NCBI GenBank assembly: GCA_039809385.1
Contig: JBDHUY010000006.1
Span: 43,528-107,527, forward strand
Length of the DNA: 64,000 nt
Source of the DNA: Candidatus Altimarinota bacterium
Lineage (GTDB): Bacteria; Patescibacteriota; Gracilibacteria; JBDHUY01
Reading direction: 5' to 3'
The notes under the pieces are model-generated. The model saw only the letters and a list, made by a program, of their open reading frames with translations, did not search any database and was not told where the DNA came from. Within the stretch, counting starts at the first letter, position 1. Each line of letters starts with the position of its first letter. Positions 28,714 through 38,034 of this stretch are shown here, piece after piece. Position numbers and translations under genes: made by a program.

Positions 28714-30189
28714 ATGAAAAAAAAAGTTGTGGTTATCGGTGCCGGATTTGGCGGACTCAGCATTGCCGCCTTATTAGCTCAGGACGGCTATGACGTGACG
28801 GTCGTAGAGAAAAACGATCAATCCGGCGGCCGGGGGATGATGTTTAGCGACGGCGAGTTCCGTTTTGATATGGGACCATCATGGTACCTGATGCCCGAAG
28901 TATTTGAGCGTTTCTTCGCGCTTTTTGATAAAAAACCGGAAGATTATTATCGCTTACAAAGACTGGATCCCTCTTACCGTATATTCTTTGGTCCCCAGGA
29001 TTGGGTAGATATTGTGGCAGACTTAGAGAAGAATCTGGAAACGTTCGAACAAATGGAGACTGGCGCGGCCCAAACACTGAAGAAGTATTTAGAAAAGTCC
29101 AAGTACCAGTATGAAGTTTCCATGCAAGAATTTTTGTACAAAGACTACACCTCGATTCTAGATTTTTTTAACAAGCGGATGCTCATAGAAGGCAGCCGGT
29201 TGAACGTATTCGAAAACCTGGACAAGTATCTCAAACGGAACTTTAAAAACGAGCGGCTGCGTAAAATTTTGGCGTACAGTATGGTATTCCTCGGTGGCGC
29301 GCCCAACAATACACCGGCGATCTACTCACTCATGTCGCATATCGATTTTAACCTGGGCGTATGGTACCCGTTGGGCGGTATGAATGCAGTTGCGCGGGGG
29401 ATCGAACGTTTAGGAACAGAGCTCGGAGTGGAATTTGTGTACAACCAGGAGGTCAAAAAAATTCTGGTCAACAGCCAAGGCCGAGCTACCGGGATTCTCA
29501 CCAAGACGGGCGAACTCGCGGCCGATCTGGTGATCGGTAATGCGGATTATCACCATATCGAAACTGTACTCCTTGACCCGGAATACCAGTCGTATACGGA
29601 AGCATATTGGAAAAAAAGGACAATAGCCCCTTCGGCTTTTATTTTGTATGTAGGATTGACGAAGAGATTAAAGGGATTAATTCATCACAATCTGAGTTTC
29701 GAATATGACTGGATGAAACATTTTGATGACATTTTTAAAAATCCGGTGTGGTCCGAAAATCCCTCGTATTATATTTGCGCTCCGGCCAAAACCGAGCCCG
29801 GCATGGCGCCGCCGGGAGGAGAAAACCTGTTTATCCTGGTTCCGCTGGCTGCCGGACTCCGTGATACCGACGAGGTGCGGGAAAGGTATACCGAAAAGAT
29901 CCTGCGCCATCTGGAAGTCTTGTTAGGAGAGTCGATTATCGACGCGATAGCGGTAAAGCATATCTTCAGCCAGCGCGATTTCTTTACTACGTTCAATGCC
30001 TATAAAGGCACAGCGCTGGGGTTAAGCCATACACTTTTTCAGACAGCCTTTTTCCGCCCCCGGCATAGAAGCAAAAAAGTGAAAAATCTCTATTTTACCG
30101 GTCAGTATACGCATCCGGGCATTGGGGTTCCGATCTGTCTGATTTCATCCCAGATTGTACGAGATCTGATAACGAATCAATCCAGATAA
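28714..30189 (+). CDS. crtI: Phytoene desaturase
   Basis: VIGAGFGGL, EKN...GGR, FDMGPSWYLMP, FLG..P..TPA.YSLM, HTL.QTA.FRP, GQYTHPGIGVP. Confidence 0.93.
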   Translation: MKKKVVVIGAGFGGLSIAALLAQDGYDVTVVEKNDQSGGRGMMFSDGEFRFDMGPSWYLMPEVFERFFALFDKKPEDYYRLQRLDPSYRIFFGPQDWVDIVADLEKNLETFEQMETGAAQTLKKYLEKSKYQYEVSMQEFLYKDYTSILDFFNKRMLIEGSRLNVFENLDKYLKRNFKNERLRKILAYSMVFLGGAPNNTPAIYSLMSHIDFNLGVWYPLGGMNAVARGIERLGTELGVEFVYNQEVKKILVNSQGRATGILTKTGELAADLVIGNADYHHIETVLLDPEYQSYTEAYWKKRTIAPSAFILYVGLTKRLKGLIHHNLSFEYDWMKHFDDIFKNPVWSENPSYYICAPAKTEPGMAPPGGENLFILVPLAAGLRDTDEVRERYTEKILRHLEVLLGESIIDAIAVKHIFSQRDFFTTFNAYKGTALGLSHTLFQTAFFRPRHRSKKVKNLYFTGQYTHPGIGVPICLISSQIVRDLITNQSR

Positions 30190-30321
30190 TCAATGCGCCT
30201 AAAGATATTCTTTTTATTGAGGATACGTATTGACTGTACAAGATTAAGGAAAGTGTTCAGGTGGGATCTGGCGTATTTCAGTCGGTGGAAAAAAAGCATC
30301 TGATAAAGAAAGCGTCTCTTT

Positions 30322-30864
30322 CTACACAACGGGTGAATTTTTTATCCAGCCTATCGGATGTACACTATTTTTCATAGCTCCATCTGGAGCGCGTAGGGAG
30401 AACTTCGCGTCAATCGTGATTCCGACTACGGTGTGTGGAGTAGCTGCTTGGGAAGTACAAACTATGTCGCCGATCTTTATTCCCTGTTCTTCGATATAGC
30501 GAAAGTTGGAATACGGGCTACTGGAACTAATACGATTCGAAGACGAAGTAAATGCCTGGAACGATATTGGTTCTTTCGTTATTTCACGCATTAAAGAGCA
30601 ATATCGGGCATAGCATAGTTCCTGAGATTTACGTCTCATCCAATCCTCCACCACCAGAGATGCGGCACGTTCCTCGCTGGCATTTTGTGGATCGTTAGAC
30701 ATTAGTTTATTGAGTCGATCGCGTGCAGCCGTAACCAGGCCAGCTACCTCGGCAGAAAACTGAGCATAAAAATCCTGGGCTTTCTTTTGCATCACCTGGA
30801 TGACTAACGCATGCATTCTATCTTGAGCTCTATCTTCAGGAGAATCTGGAACGCCATTGGTCAT
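30322..30864 (-). CDS. Hypothetical protein inserted in the crt cluster
   Basis: 180-aa ORF on the opposite strand between crtI and crtB; possible C-terminal SH3/KOW-like barrel (GIKIGDIV). Confidence 0.6.
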   Translation of the reverse strand: MTNGVPDSPEDRAQDRMHALVIQVMQKKAQDFYAQFSAEVAGLVTAARDRLNKLMSNDPQNASEERAASLVVEDWMRRKSQELCYARYCSLMREITKEPISFQAFTSSSNRISSSSPYSNFRYIEEQGIKIGDIVCTSQAATPHTVVGITIDAKFSLRAPDGAMKNSVHPIGWIKNSPVV

Positions 30865-30975
30865 AAAAAAAGTATCGTAAACGTTATAAAAAGTACCACT
30901 GGTAAAAAACATTTCACAGAGCTGTCATATTGATTAGAATAAGCATACTTCTTTGTATTCTCGTAACAAATCAGT

Positions 30976-31812
30976 GTGATTACAGAAACAAATTCACAAG
31001 CATCTATTTTTAAAAGAGGCAGCACTACATTTTTCACCAGCAGTTTATTTTTTCCGAAAAAGGCACGCGAACAAGTAACAACCCTCTATGCTTTTGTGCG
31101 TACGGCAGATGACTTTGTCGATTCAATTCCTCAAGCAAAACAGAATTTCCTGAATTTTAAGCGGCAGTATTATACTACAATAAAAAAAGGCGGCAAGTGT
31201 AATTTTTCAGTTATTTCGAACTTTATCGTTTTACAGCAAACAGCACAATTCTCCCAGGAATGGGTTGACGCCTTTTTACACTCCATGGAAATGGACTTGC
31301 ACAAAAAGAGCTATCAAGATTTTGTAGAACTGGACGAATATTTATACGGATCCTCCGAAGTGATCGGACTGATGATGGCAAAAATCATGCAGTTGCCCAA
31401 CGAAAGTCTGCCCTACGCCAGACAGCTCGGTAAAGCGTTCCAATATATCAATTTTATCAGAGATATTGCCGAAGACTGGGACTTGGGAAGAACCTACATT
31501 CCTCAATCCGAATTAGCTAGATACAATCTTAAGACAATAGATCCGTCGGTAGCCAAGGCTGAACCCGAAAAATTCGCGTACCTTCTACGTAGACAACTTG
31601 ATATTTTCGAACAATGGTTGAAAGAAGCAGAAAAAGGTTTTCATTTCTTACCCCGACACGCTAGAATTCCAATAAAAACAGCCACTGCCATGTACCGGTA
31701 TACCGCTAAAAAAATTATGCAGAACCCCTTGATCGTACTGCGGAACAAAGTAAAACCGCATAAACTCAGGATTCTCGCGCAAGCGATCTCTTATTTTTTG
31801 ACCGAACGATAA
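30976..31812 (+). CDS. crtB: Phytoene synthase
   Basis: GSTTFF..S..F, LYAFVRTADDFVD, M.MDL, Y.YGS.EVIGLM, LG.AFQ.INF.RDI.ED..LGR.YIP. Confidence 0.93.
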   Translation: MITETNSQASIFKRGSTTFFTSSLFFPKKAREQVTTLYAFVRTADDFVDSIPQAKQNFLNFKRQYYTTIKKGGKCNFSVISNFIVLQQTAQFSQEWVDAFLHSMEMDLHKKSYQDFVELDEYLYGSSEVIGLMMAKIMQLPNESLPYARQLGKAFQYINFIRDIAEDWDLGRTYIPQSELARYNLKTIDPSVAKAEPEKFAYLLRRQLDIFEQWLKEAEKGFHFLPRHARIPIKTATAMYRYTAKKIMQNPLIVLRNKVKPHKLRILAQAISYFLTER

Positions 31813-31819
31813 TTTCTCC

Positions 31820-32878
31820 ATGCAACGCTATCTGTCAACCAGAAGAGCAAAGATTCAACGCGCCATCCAGTATTTTCTCGGAAAAGAAAGACAACGATAC
31901 GTGTCAGTAAATCAATGGAGCAACGATGTATTCGACCGTCTCCTTGATTTTTGCCAGAAAGGCAAAATGCTACGTGGCATTATGGTCGTTTTTGCCTATG
32001 AAGCCTGCGGGGGCAAGAATATGAGAATAGCTTACCAACTAGCTGCAGTTATGGAATTCCTCCATGCCACTCTCCTGATTCACGACGATATCATGGATCG
32101 CGACATACTGCGCCGCGGAACATACTCGATTCAAGGACAATACAACCGCTACGCTACACAAAAAGGCTACCAGGACGCCGAACATTTCGGACATAGTATG
32201 GCAATCAACGTAGGAGACATTGGATTTTTTTTGGCGCTGAAGCTACTTCGGCAAACGATCAATGGGCACAAACACGAAAAAAACATGACAGAATTAGTCT
32301 ATCAAGAACTTATTTCCGTGGGTCTGGCCCAGATGGAAGACATGGCTCTGGGTTTTGAGCAAGAAATCCCCGATCAGGGCCGGGTAAGTCAAATGTACTA
32401 CCATAAAACAGCTCGTTATAGCTTCATACTGCCTCTGCTGATCGGCACAATCCTTGCAGGTGGATCGCGCGTATTGCAACAACAATTTACAACAATGGGC
32501 GAATCACTGGGAATTTTATACCAGATCAAAGACGACGAATTGGGGTTGTTTGGCAATGCGGCAGAGGTGGGCAAAACCTCAGGGCTCGATATCATCGAAG
32601 GGAAAAAGACGATGGCCCTTTTGGCCCTATTTCAGGCATGCAACTTTACGGAACGGAAAAAACTGAAAACCATTCTGGGCATCCGGCAGACGAATACCGC
32701 CATGGTGCACTGGGTCATACGCTTAATGGAAAAATATCAGATCTCGGACGAACTGCATGCAAAAGAGGAGATAATAGGAGAAAAAGTGCGAAAGATTATA
32801 AAGCGCCTCAAAGTCAAAGCAGAGTACAAAGACACGCTCAATGACTTTTTGGACTATAATCTCACGCGAACCCGTTAA
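31820..32878 (+). CDS. crtE: Polyprenyl diphosphate synthase (CrtE/IdsA-like, probably GGPP synthase)
   Basis: GK.LR, LIHDDIMD.D..RRG, KTARYS, Q..DD.LG.FG, GK....DI.EGK.T. Product chain length is inferred from context only. Confidence 0.8.
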   Translation: MQRYLSTRRAKIQRAIQYFLGKERQRYVSVNQWSNDVFDRLLDFCQKGKMLRGIMVVFAYEACGGKNMRIAYQLAAVMEFLHATLLIHDDIMDRDILRRGTYSIQGQYNRYATQKGYQDAEHFGHSMAINVGDIGFFLALKLLRQTINGHKHEKNMTELVYQELISVGLAQMEDMALGFEQEIPDQGRVSQMYYHKTARYSFILPLLIGTILAGGSRVLQQQFTTMGESLGILYQIKDDELGLFGNAAEVGKTSGLDIIEGKKTMALLALFQACNFTERKKLKTILGIRQTNTAMVHWVIRLMEKYQISDELHAKEEIIGEKVRKIIKRLKVKAEYKDTLNDFLDYNLTRTR

Positions 32879-32883
32879 CCTCT

Positions 32884-33735
32884 ATGGATCTACAGGCATT
32901 GCTGAAGTCATCCCGGCCGCGTTTCTGGCTCTATCTGGCTGGACCGTACGCGCTTGGGTATGCGGCCGGAGTAACAGACATCTATGCGCTGGGAAACTGG
33001 CATTTTTTGATCCATCTGATCTATTTTCTCGTGCCCGCCAATATCCTCCTATATGGCATTAACGATCTGTTTGACCGGGAGACAGATCGTACGAATCGAA
33101 AAAAAGATAAAAAGGAACATCGCTTAAAGCCAACGGAAACGCGCAATCTCATACGAATCGTATTAGTCGTAGGGATCTTAAGTTTCATACTATTGAGCGC
33201 TTCGAAGAGTCTAACCGAGTTTCTATTATGGCTGTTTTTTTTGGGACTCTCGGTATTTTACAGCACCCCGCCACTGCGTTTCAAGGCTCGTCCGGTGCTT
33301 GATTTTGTCAGCAATATTCTCTACATCGTCCCTGGCATATTGGCTTATACCCAGGTCACCGGGAAAATAGCTCCCGCCGAAATCTGGATCGCCGGGGCAG
33401 CCTGGACCGGCGCAATGCATCTGTACTCGGCGATTCCCGATATCGAGAGTGACAAAAAAGCCAAGATCTCTACTACGGCAACTCGGTTAGGTCATTCATT
33501 ATCGCTGTTGCTGTGCGTCCTGCTTTGGACAGTCAGCCTTCTTATCGCTCTTACCAAACAAGAGTTATGGCCCTGGAGCTTGATGGGCATTCTTTACCCC
33601 TTAATTCCGCTGGTATTGATCTTTCAAAAAAAAGAGATGGTGGAAAAGGTCTACTGGTATTTCCCGCTGCTCAACGGGATCATGGGTTTTGTGCTTTTTT
33701 GGCTGTTGGTTGGGCAGAGTGTGGCAGCTTATTAG
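32884..33735 (+). CDS. crtEb: Lycopene elongase (CrtEb/LyeJ, UbiA prenyltransferase family)
   Basis: SRPRFWLYLAGP, PAN.LLYGIND.FD.ETD..N.KK, YS.PPLRFK.RP.LD..SN, AMH..SAIPDI..D, FP..N. Confidence 0.88.
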   Translation: MDLQALLKSSRPRFWLYLAGPYALGYAAGVTDIYALGNWHFLIHLIYFLVPANILLYGINDLFDRETDRTNRKKDKKEHRLKPTETRNLIRIVLVVGILSFILLSASKSLTEFLLWLFFLGLSVFYSTPPLRFKARPVLDFVSNILYIVPGILAYTQVTGKIAPAEIWIAGAAWTGAMHLYSAIPDIESDKKAKISTTATRLGHSLSLLLCVLLWTVSLLIALTKQELWPWSLMGILYPLIPLVLIFQKKEMVEKVYWYFPLLNGIMGFVLFWLLVGQSVAAY

Positions 33736-33820
33736 ACAAGATAGACGAGAATAATTGGGCTGTGTGCGGTTTTACAATATTTCTTATGTACGATTAAATT
33801 TCACGAACATTCCAAATCCT

Positions 33821-33985
33821 GAACCCCCTAGCCCCCTTATCAGGGGGAACGGAAAAAGTTCTTTCTTCAAATTACCATACATTTGTGTATTTGTGCCCTT
33901 TAGACTCGTTTGACTATTTCGACTTTTGTACCTGTCCTAATTTTGAATTTTGCACTTTTCACTTTGCATTTACTGACTACTCCTC
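33821..33985. repeat. GC-rich REP-like hairpin plus heptamer tracts
   Basis: ccccctagcccccttatcagggggaac, followed by ttttgaa-ttttgca-cttttca-ctttgca style 7-mers. Confidence 0.45.
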
Positions 33986-34693
33986 ATGCCTCGTATCAGC
34001 ATTATCATTCCAACTCTGAACGAAGAAAAGTATATTGGGAAACTATTACAATCGATTCAAGCGCAAAGTAAACAGCCAGACGAAGTATTTGTCGTCGATG
34101 CGGGATCGCACGATAATACAAGGGATGAAATCGGACACTTTCCCGAGGTACGGTTTCTTCCGTTTCATCCGCCAGTAGGAGGACAACGTAGCGAAGGTGG
34201 GAGAAGCGCAACCGGAGACATCTTGTTCTTTCTGGATGCCGATACCGAACTAACACCGGATTTTATAGAAAGAAGTCTTCGCCACATTGAACGGCAAAAG
34301 CTGGAAATTGCCTGTCCGTATTATTGGCCACAGCGTTCAACCCCCGGGATAAAACTGGTGTTTGCTTTTTTCAACAGTATGTTTTTTCTGTTTCAAAAAA
34401 TCATCCCGAGCGGCGCAGGCCCCTGTATTATTGTCAAAAAAGAGTTGTTTGAAAAGGTAGGCGGCTTTCAGGGACAGTTGGTTTATGACGATATCGCATT
34501 TATCCGTAGCGCTTCCAGAAAAGGCCGTTTTGGGATGGTTCACGCCACCATTTCGGTATCAGATCGGCGGTTTAAAACGTTCGGAACCTGGAGAACATTC
34601 GGTAAGTATCTTTTGCTGTCCTTCCTGTTCTCAATAGGCGCATTTCGCCTAGCCAATAGTATAAAATATCCCTTTGGCCGGCACAAATTCTAA
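33986..34693 (+). CDS. Glycosyltransferase family 2
   Basis: SIIIPTLNEE, VVDAGS.D.T, FLDAD, GGF, DD, VS.RR. Confidence 0.9.
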   Translation: MPRISIIIPTLNEEKYIGKLLQSIQAQSKQPDEVFVVDAGSHDNTRDEIGHFPEVRFLPFHPPVGGQRSEGGRSATGDILFFLDADTELTPDFIERSLRHIERQKLEIACPYYWPQRSTPGIKLVFAFFNSMFFLFQKIIPSGAGPCIIVKKELFEKVGGFQGQLVYDDIAFIRSASRKGRFGMVHATISVSDRRFKTFGTWRTFGKYLLLSFLFSIGAFRLANSIKYPFGRHKF

Positions 34694-35775
34694 ATAATAA
34701 TACCACCGCCCAAGACCTCCTCGTTCCGGTAAAAAACCGCAGACTGACCGGGAGTCAGCGCCCGAACGGGAGAATGAAACGCGAGCCGATAGGTACCGTT
34801 TTCTTTAACAAGATCGGCTTTAAAAGGATTTTTTGTATACCGCGGTTTTACCAAAACATTGTCGATACGGTCGGGGAAAACAGGATTCAAAAAAGTGACA
34901 TCTTCGAGCCGACAGGAATCAGAAAACAGATCGGCCTCGTCGCCCAGCCAGACAGTATTGTCTTTCGTGTCGAAGCCAGTGACATAGAGAGGACGGGAAT
35001 AGCCTTTGATATGAATACCCCGGCGCTGACCGATGGTAAAATGAAAGAGACCATTATGGGTGCCCAAAACTTCCCCGTCTTTGGTCTTGAGCACGCCTGG
35101 CTGCTGGAGAGAAGTAGGCAAATAACGTTCCAGAAAATTATACGGCTTATCTTCGGGGTAAAAACATAAGTTTTGGCTTTCCTGATACTGGGTTCGTTTA
35201 AAACCGTCGAGACCGAACTTTTGGGCCAGATCCTTAACTTCTTCTTTAGTCAAATTCCCAAGCGGAAAAATCGTTTTGGACAATTTTTTTTGGTCAAGCG
35301 CATATAAAAAATAGGACTGATCTTTCGCCTTATCTTTGGCTTCGAATAAATGAAATATACCATTATTTTCACGAATAGAAGCATAGTGACCGGTAGCCCA
35401 GTACTGAGCACCGAATTCAGACAATTTATCGATCATGAGACCAAACTTCACATCCCGGTTGCACATAATACACGGATTGGGCGTCCAGCCCTTTTCATAG
35501 CCATTGAGATAATAATCGACTACCTTTTCTTTAAAAGCATCGACCAGATTCAGTACGTAAAAGGGTATATCGAGCTTATCGGCAACCTGCCGGGCCCGTA
35601 ATTGGGTTTCGAGGGAACAGCATTTGTTCTCCTTGGCACCGTCGTACACGACCATCGGATCGACCCAGAAACGCAAAAAAACGCCCACCACATTGTACCC
35701 CTGCTCTTTAAGTAACATGGCGGTCACGCTGGAATCGACCCCTCCCGACATACCGACAACGACTGTTTTGGGCAT
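34690..35775 (-). CDS. mnmA: tRNA 2-thiouridylase MnmA
   Basis: MSGGVDSSV, TPNPC..CN..VKF, ATGHY, KDQSYFL, ESQ.LCF, TIGQRRG, TPGQS.V.Y. Confidence 0.96.
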   Translation of the reverse strand: MPKTVVVGMSGGVDSSVTAMLLKEQGYNVVGVFLRFWVDPMVVYDGAKENKCCSLETQLRARQVADKLDIPFYVLNLVDAFKEKVVDYYLNGYEKGWTPNPCIMCNRDVKFGLMIDKLSEFGAQYWATGHYASIRENNGIFHLFEAKDKAKDQSYFLYALDQKKLSKTIFPLGNLTKEEVKDLAQKFGLDGFKRTQYQESQNLCFYPEDKPYNFLERYLPTSLQQPGVLKTKDGEVLGTHNGLFHFTIGQRRGIHIKGYSRPLYVTGFDTKDNTVWLGDEADLFSDSCRLEDVTFLNPVFPDRIDNVLVKPRYTKNPFKADLVKENGTYRLAFHSPVRALTPGQSAVFYRNEEVLGGGIII

Positions 35776-35910
35776 ACTGATAGCATAAAAATTGTATCAT
35801 TTTCCATTGCCTCATCATACTGAAGCAGGCATCAAAAAACATGAATGCAGGGATATACTGGTCAAAAAGGCGCTTGGGCTATATATCCTATAGATTGCTC
35901 AAAGTTTTTT

Positions 35911-36867
35911 TCATAATTGAAAGACAAACTGTCCGACTTTTCCGTCTTGAAAACTTCCGAGACAAGCAAGGCCGTATTCGCCGAAATAATCGATAAGCGC
36001 TTCTTTAAGATAATATCGGGTCCGAAAAAGTTCAATCTCTTCCCCCGGCATGATAATGGTATGCGTACTGCGAAAATTTATGCTGATCTTTTGTTTGCTT
36101 TGAAAAAAGTAGATGAGTTCTATGCCCTTGGCCGGGATACTTTTGACAAGGCGTAGTCCCATGGTACCTGCCGCGGAAGGCACATTCAACTGCTGCAGCG
36201 GTAGAAAATAACGATGCTTTGCCGGGTCGTGATCTATTTTTGCGGAGACTTCTTTAAACAATTTCATGGTACTCATTTCGGTCTCGTCGGGACGCAGATC
36301 TGTATCAAACCATAGAATATCGCCTTTGCGGAGCAGATTTACCAGGATATCCATAATCTCGGTAAGTACAAAACTGCCAAAAGTCGTTCCCAAAAAGACA
36401 TATACTCTCGGAGCGTTCATATCGATAACTTCATTCATTTCGGCGATAAAATAGTATTTGGAAAAATCGCCGCGGATAAAGTGACAGGGAAAAGAAACAC
36501 CGCTGTAAGCAGCTTCGGCCAATTTGATCATTTCCGCGGAGGAATCAATGGCGACGTAGGAGAATTGAGACGATTGACGGGACAGGCTGTCCAGGAGCTC
36601 GTGTTCCTGACAACCATTCCCGCTGGCTAAGGAAATGAATACAAATGGGCGACCTTTCAGATGAGGTGCTATAATTTTTTTAAAGAACGGGGCATAGTGG
36701 GTAGGGTCGAGATTTCCCCCTTTTTGAATACGGTTTTGTCGCATGGAATAGTACTGGCTGGCGCCATTGGACATATACGAATATTTCTGATCGAGTGACC
36801 GATGCCGCAAATCATCGATCAGATCCTGATTGACTTCGCGATCCGAGATAATATCAATATGATCCAT
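35911..36867 (-). CDS. EgtD-like methyltransferase, paralog of 12576..13538
   Basis: DQKYSY, SLASGNG..E, AIDSS.EM, GDF, LG.TFG.F, LWFD, F.PL..L, GE.IEL...R.Y. Confidence 0.7.
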   Translation of the reverse strand: MDHIDIISDREVNQDLIDDLRHRSLDQKYSYMSNGASQYYSMRQNRIQKGGNLDPTHYAPFFKKIIAPHLKGRPFVFISLASGNGCQEHELLDSLSRQSSQFSYVAIDSSAEMIKLAEAAYSGVSFPCHFIRGDFSKYYFIAEMNEVIDMNAPRVYVFLGTTFGSFVLTEIMDILVNLLRKGDILWFDTDLRPDETEMSTMKLFKEVSAKIDHDPAKHRYFLPLQQLNVPSAAGTMGLRLVKSIPAKGIELIYFFQSKQKISINFRSTHTIIMPGEEIELFRTRYYLKEALIDYFGEYGLACLGSFQDGKVGQFVFQL

Positions 36868-37089
36868 GGTATAAAAGAAAGAAATGCGACCTGGATATTA
36901 TACCGAAAAAGGGAAAACAGGCTAAAGTATTTCATCATTGTAGCCCTCAACAAAATTCAGTGATAGTTGACCAAAATGGAGAAAAAGCAATGTTCCGAAC
37001 AAAATTTTGACAACAAATCACAACAAGAATAGTGTTACAAGTGTCCACTTCCTTTCATTTCATTTTATTTCACTTTCTTTCATTTCTTT

Positions 37090-37389
37090 ATGGAAAATCC
37101 AACCAACCTGGCTATCGGGCTGTGGAAATTTAAGGATACGGTGCCGTTATCCAGATTATTGGAAGTTGCGCAGGATTGGTCGAAGGAACCTGCTTATACA
37201 CATTTATATCTGCGTAAATGCTCCAAAGATCAACATGCGATCGGTTTTGAATATGAGCTTTCGGAAAAGAGTGAAAAAGCCCATCGCGACTATTTTGACC
37301 AAACATCTGACCTGTTAAAGCGTTCTTTCGGCAACGATTTCGTGGGGTGGGACGTCAGTTCCGGCAACAATGTTCACATTGTCAAATAG
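37090..37389 (+). CDS. Hypothetical protein
   Basis: 99-aa ORF with family-like motifs (LYLRKCSKDQHAIGF.Y, GWDVSS), preceded by TTTCA pentamer repeats. Confidence 0.7.
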   Translation: MENPTNLAIGLWKFKDTVPLSRLLEVAQDWSKEPAYTHLYLRKCSKDQHAIGFEYELSEKSEKAHRDYFDQTSDLLKRSFGNDFVGWDVSSGNNVHIVK

Positions 37390-37419
37390 TCTTTGACCAA
37401 GAATGACTAAGATGTAGAG

Positions 37420-37462
37420 GAAGACCTGTCAAGAAACCCAAGAAAGTGGTCGACAGGTCTTC
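37420..37462. terminator. Hairpin between convergent genes
   Basis: gaagacctgtc ... gacaggtcttc, an 11-bp stem. Confidence 0.5.
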
Positions 37463-37463
37463 T

Positions 37464-37910
37464 TCAAAATGTATCGGTATCAAAGTTCAATGTAAACGGT
37501 CCGTCGTTCACCAAAGAAACCACCATATGCGCCCCGAAACGTCCGGTCTGGACCCGTACCCCGCCCTGTTCCAGTTCCCTAATACAGGATTCGTACAGAG
37601 GTACAGCCTGCTCGGGACGAGCGGCATTGGTAAAACTGGGTCTCCTGCCGGACGAAAGATCGGCATACAGCGTAAACTGGGAAATCAGCAAGATCTCGCC
37701 GCCAGCGTCTAAAATAGACAGATTCGTCTTGCCATCGCTGTCTGAGAAAAAACGAGTATTCAGAAGCTTATTGACCATTTTTTCGAGCGAAGAAACAGTA
37801 TCCTCATGAGAGATTCCCAATAATACCAGAGCTCCGGCTCCGATAGAACCGACAACCTCCCCATCGACCGAAACCGAAGCCGAAGTAACACGCTGAACGG
37901 TTGCCCGCAT
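37464..37910 (-). CDS. dtd: D-aminoacyl-tRNA deacylase
   Basis: MRA.VQRV..ASV, SQFTL, G.RPSF, G.FGA.M.V.L.NDGP.T. Confidence 0.96.
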   Translation of the reverse strand: MRATVQRVTSASVSVDGEVVGSIGAGALVLLGISHEDTVSSLEKMVNKLLNTRFFSDSDGKTNLSILDAGGEILLISQFTLYADLSSGRRPSFTNAARPEQAVPLYESCIRELEQGGVRVQTGRFGAHMVVSLVNDGPFTLNFDTDTF

Positions 37911-38034
37911 AGGATTTTTTGTGGTAAGGTACACAACGATATGTATTCTACACGGGATGATGGGCTACAGGCAAGCCAAGGATGTGTAAGATACACGAAA
38001 GATTCCTCCCTCTACCAATTTCAATAAGGTATCC

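Noticed and set aside
28717-28725. A9 tract at the crtI start as a phase-variation site
   Set aside because: A Lys-Lys-Lys N-terminus is ordinary, A-runs are common here, and the frame is intact.
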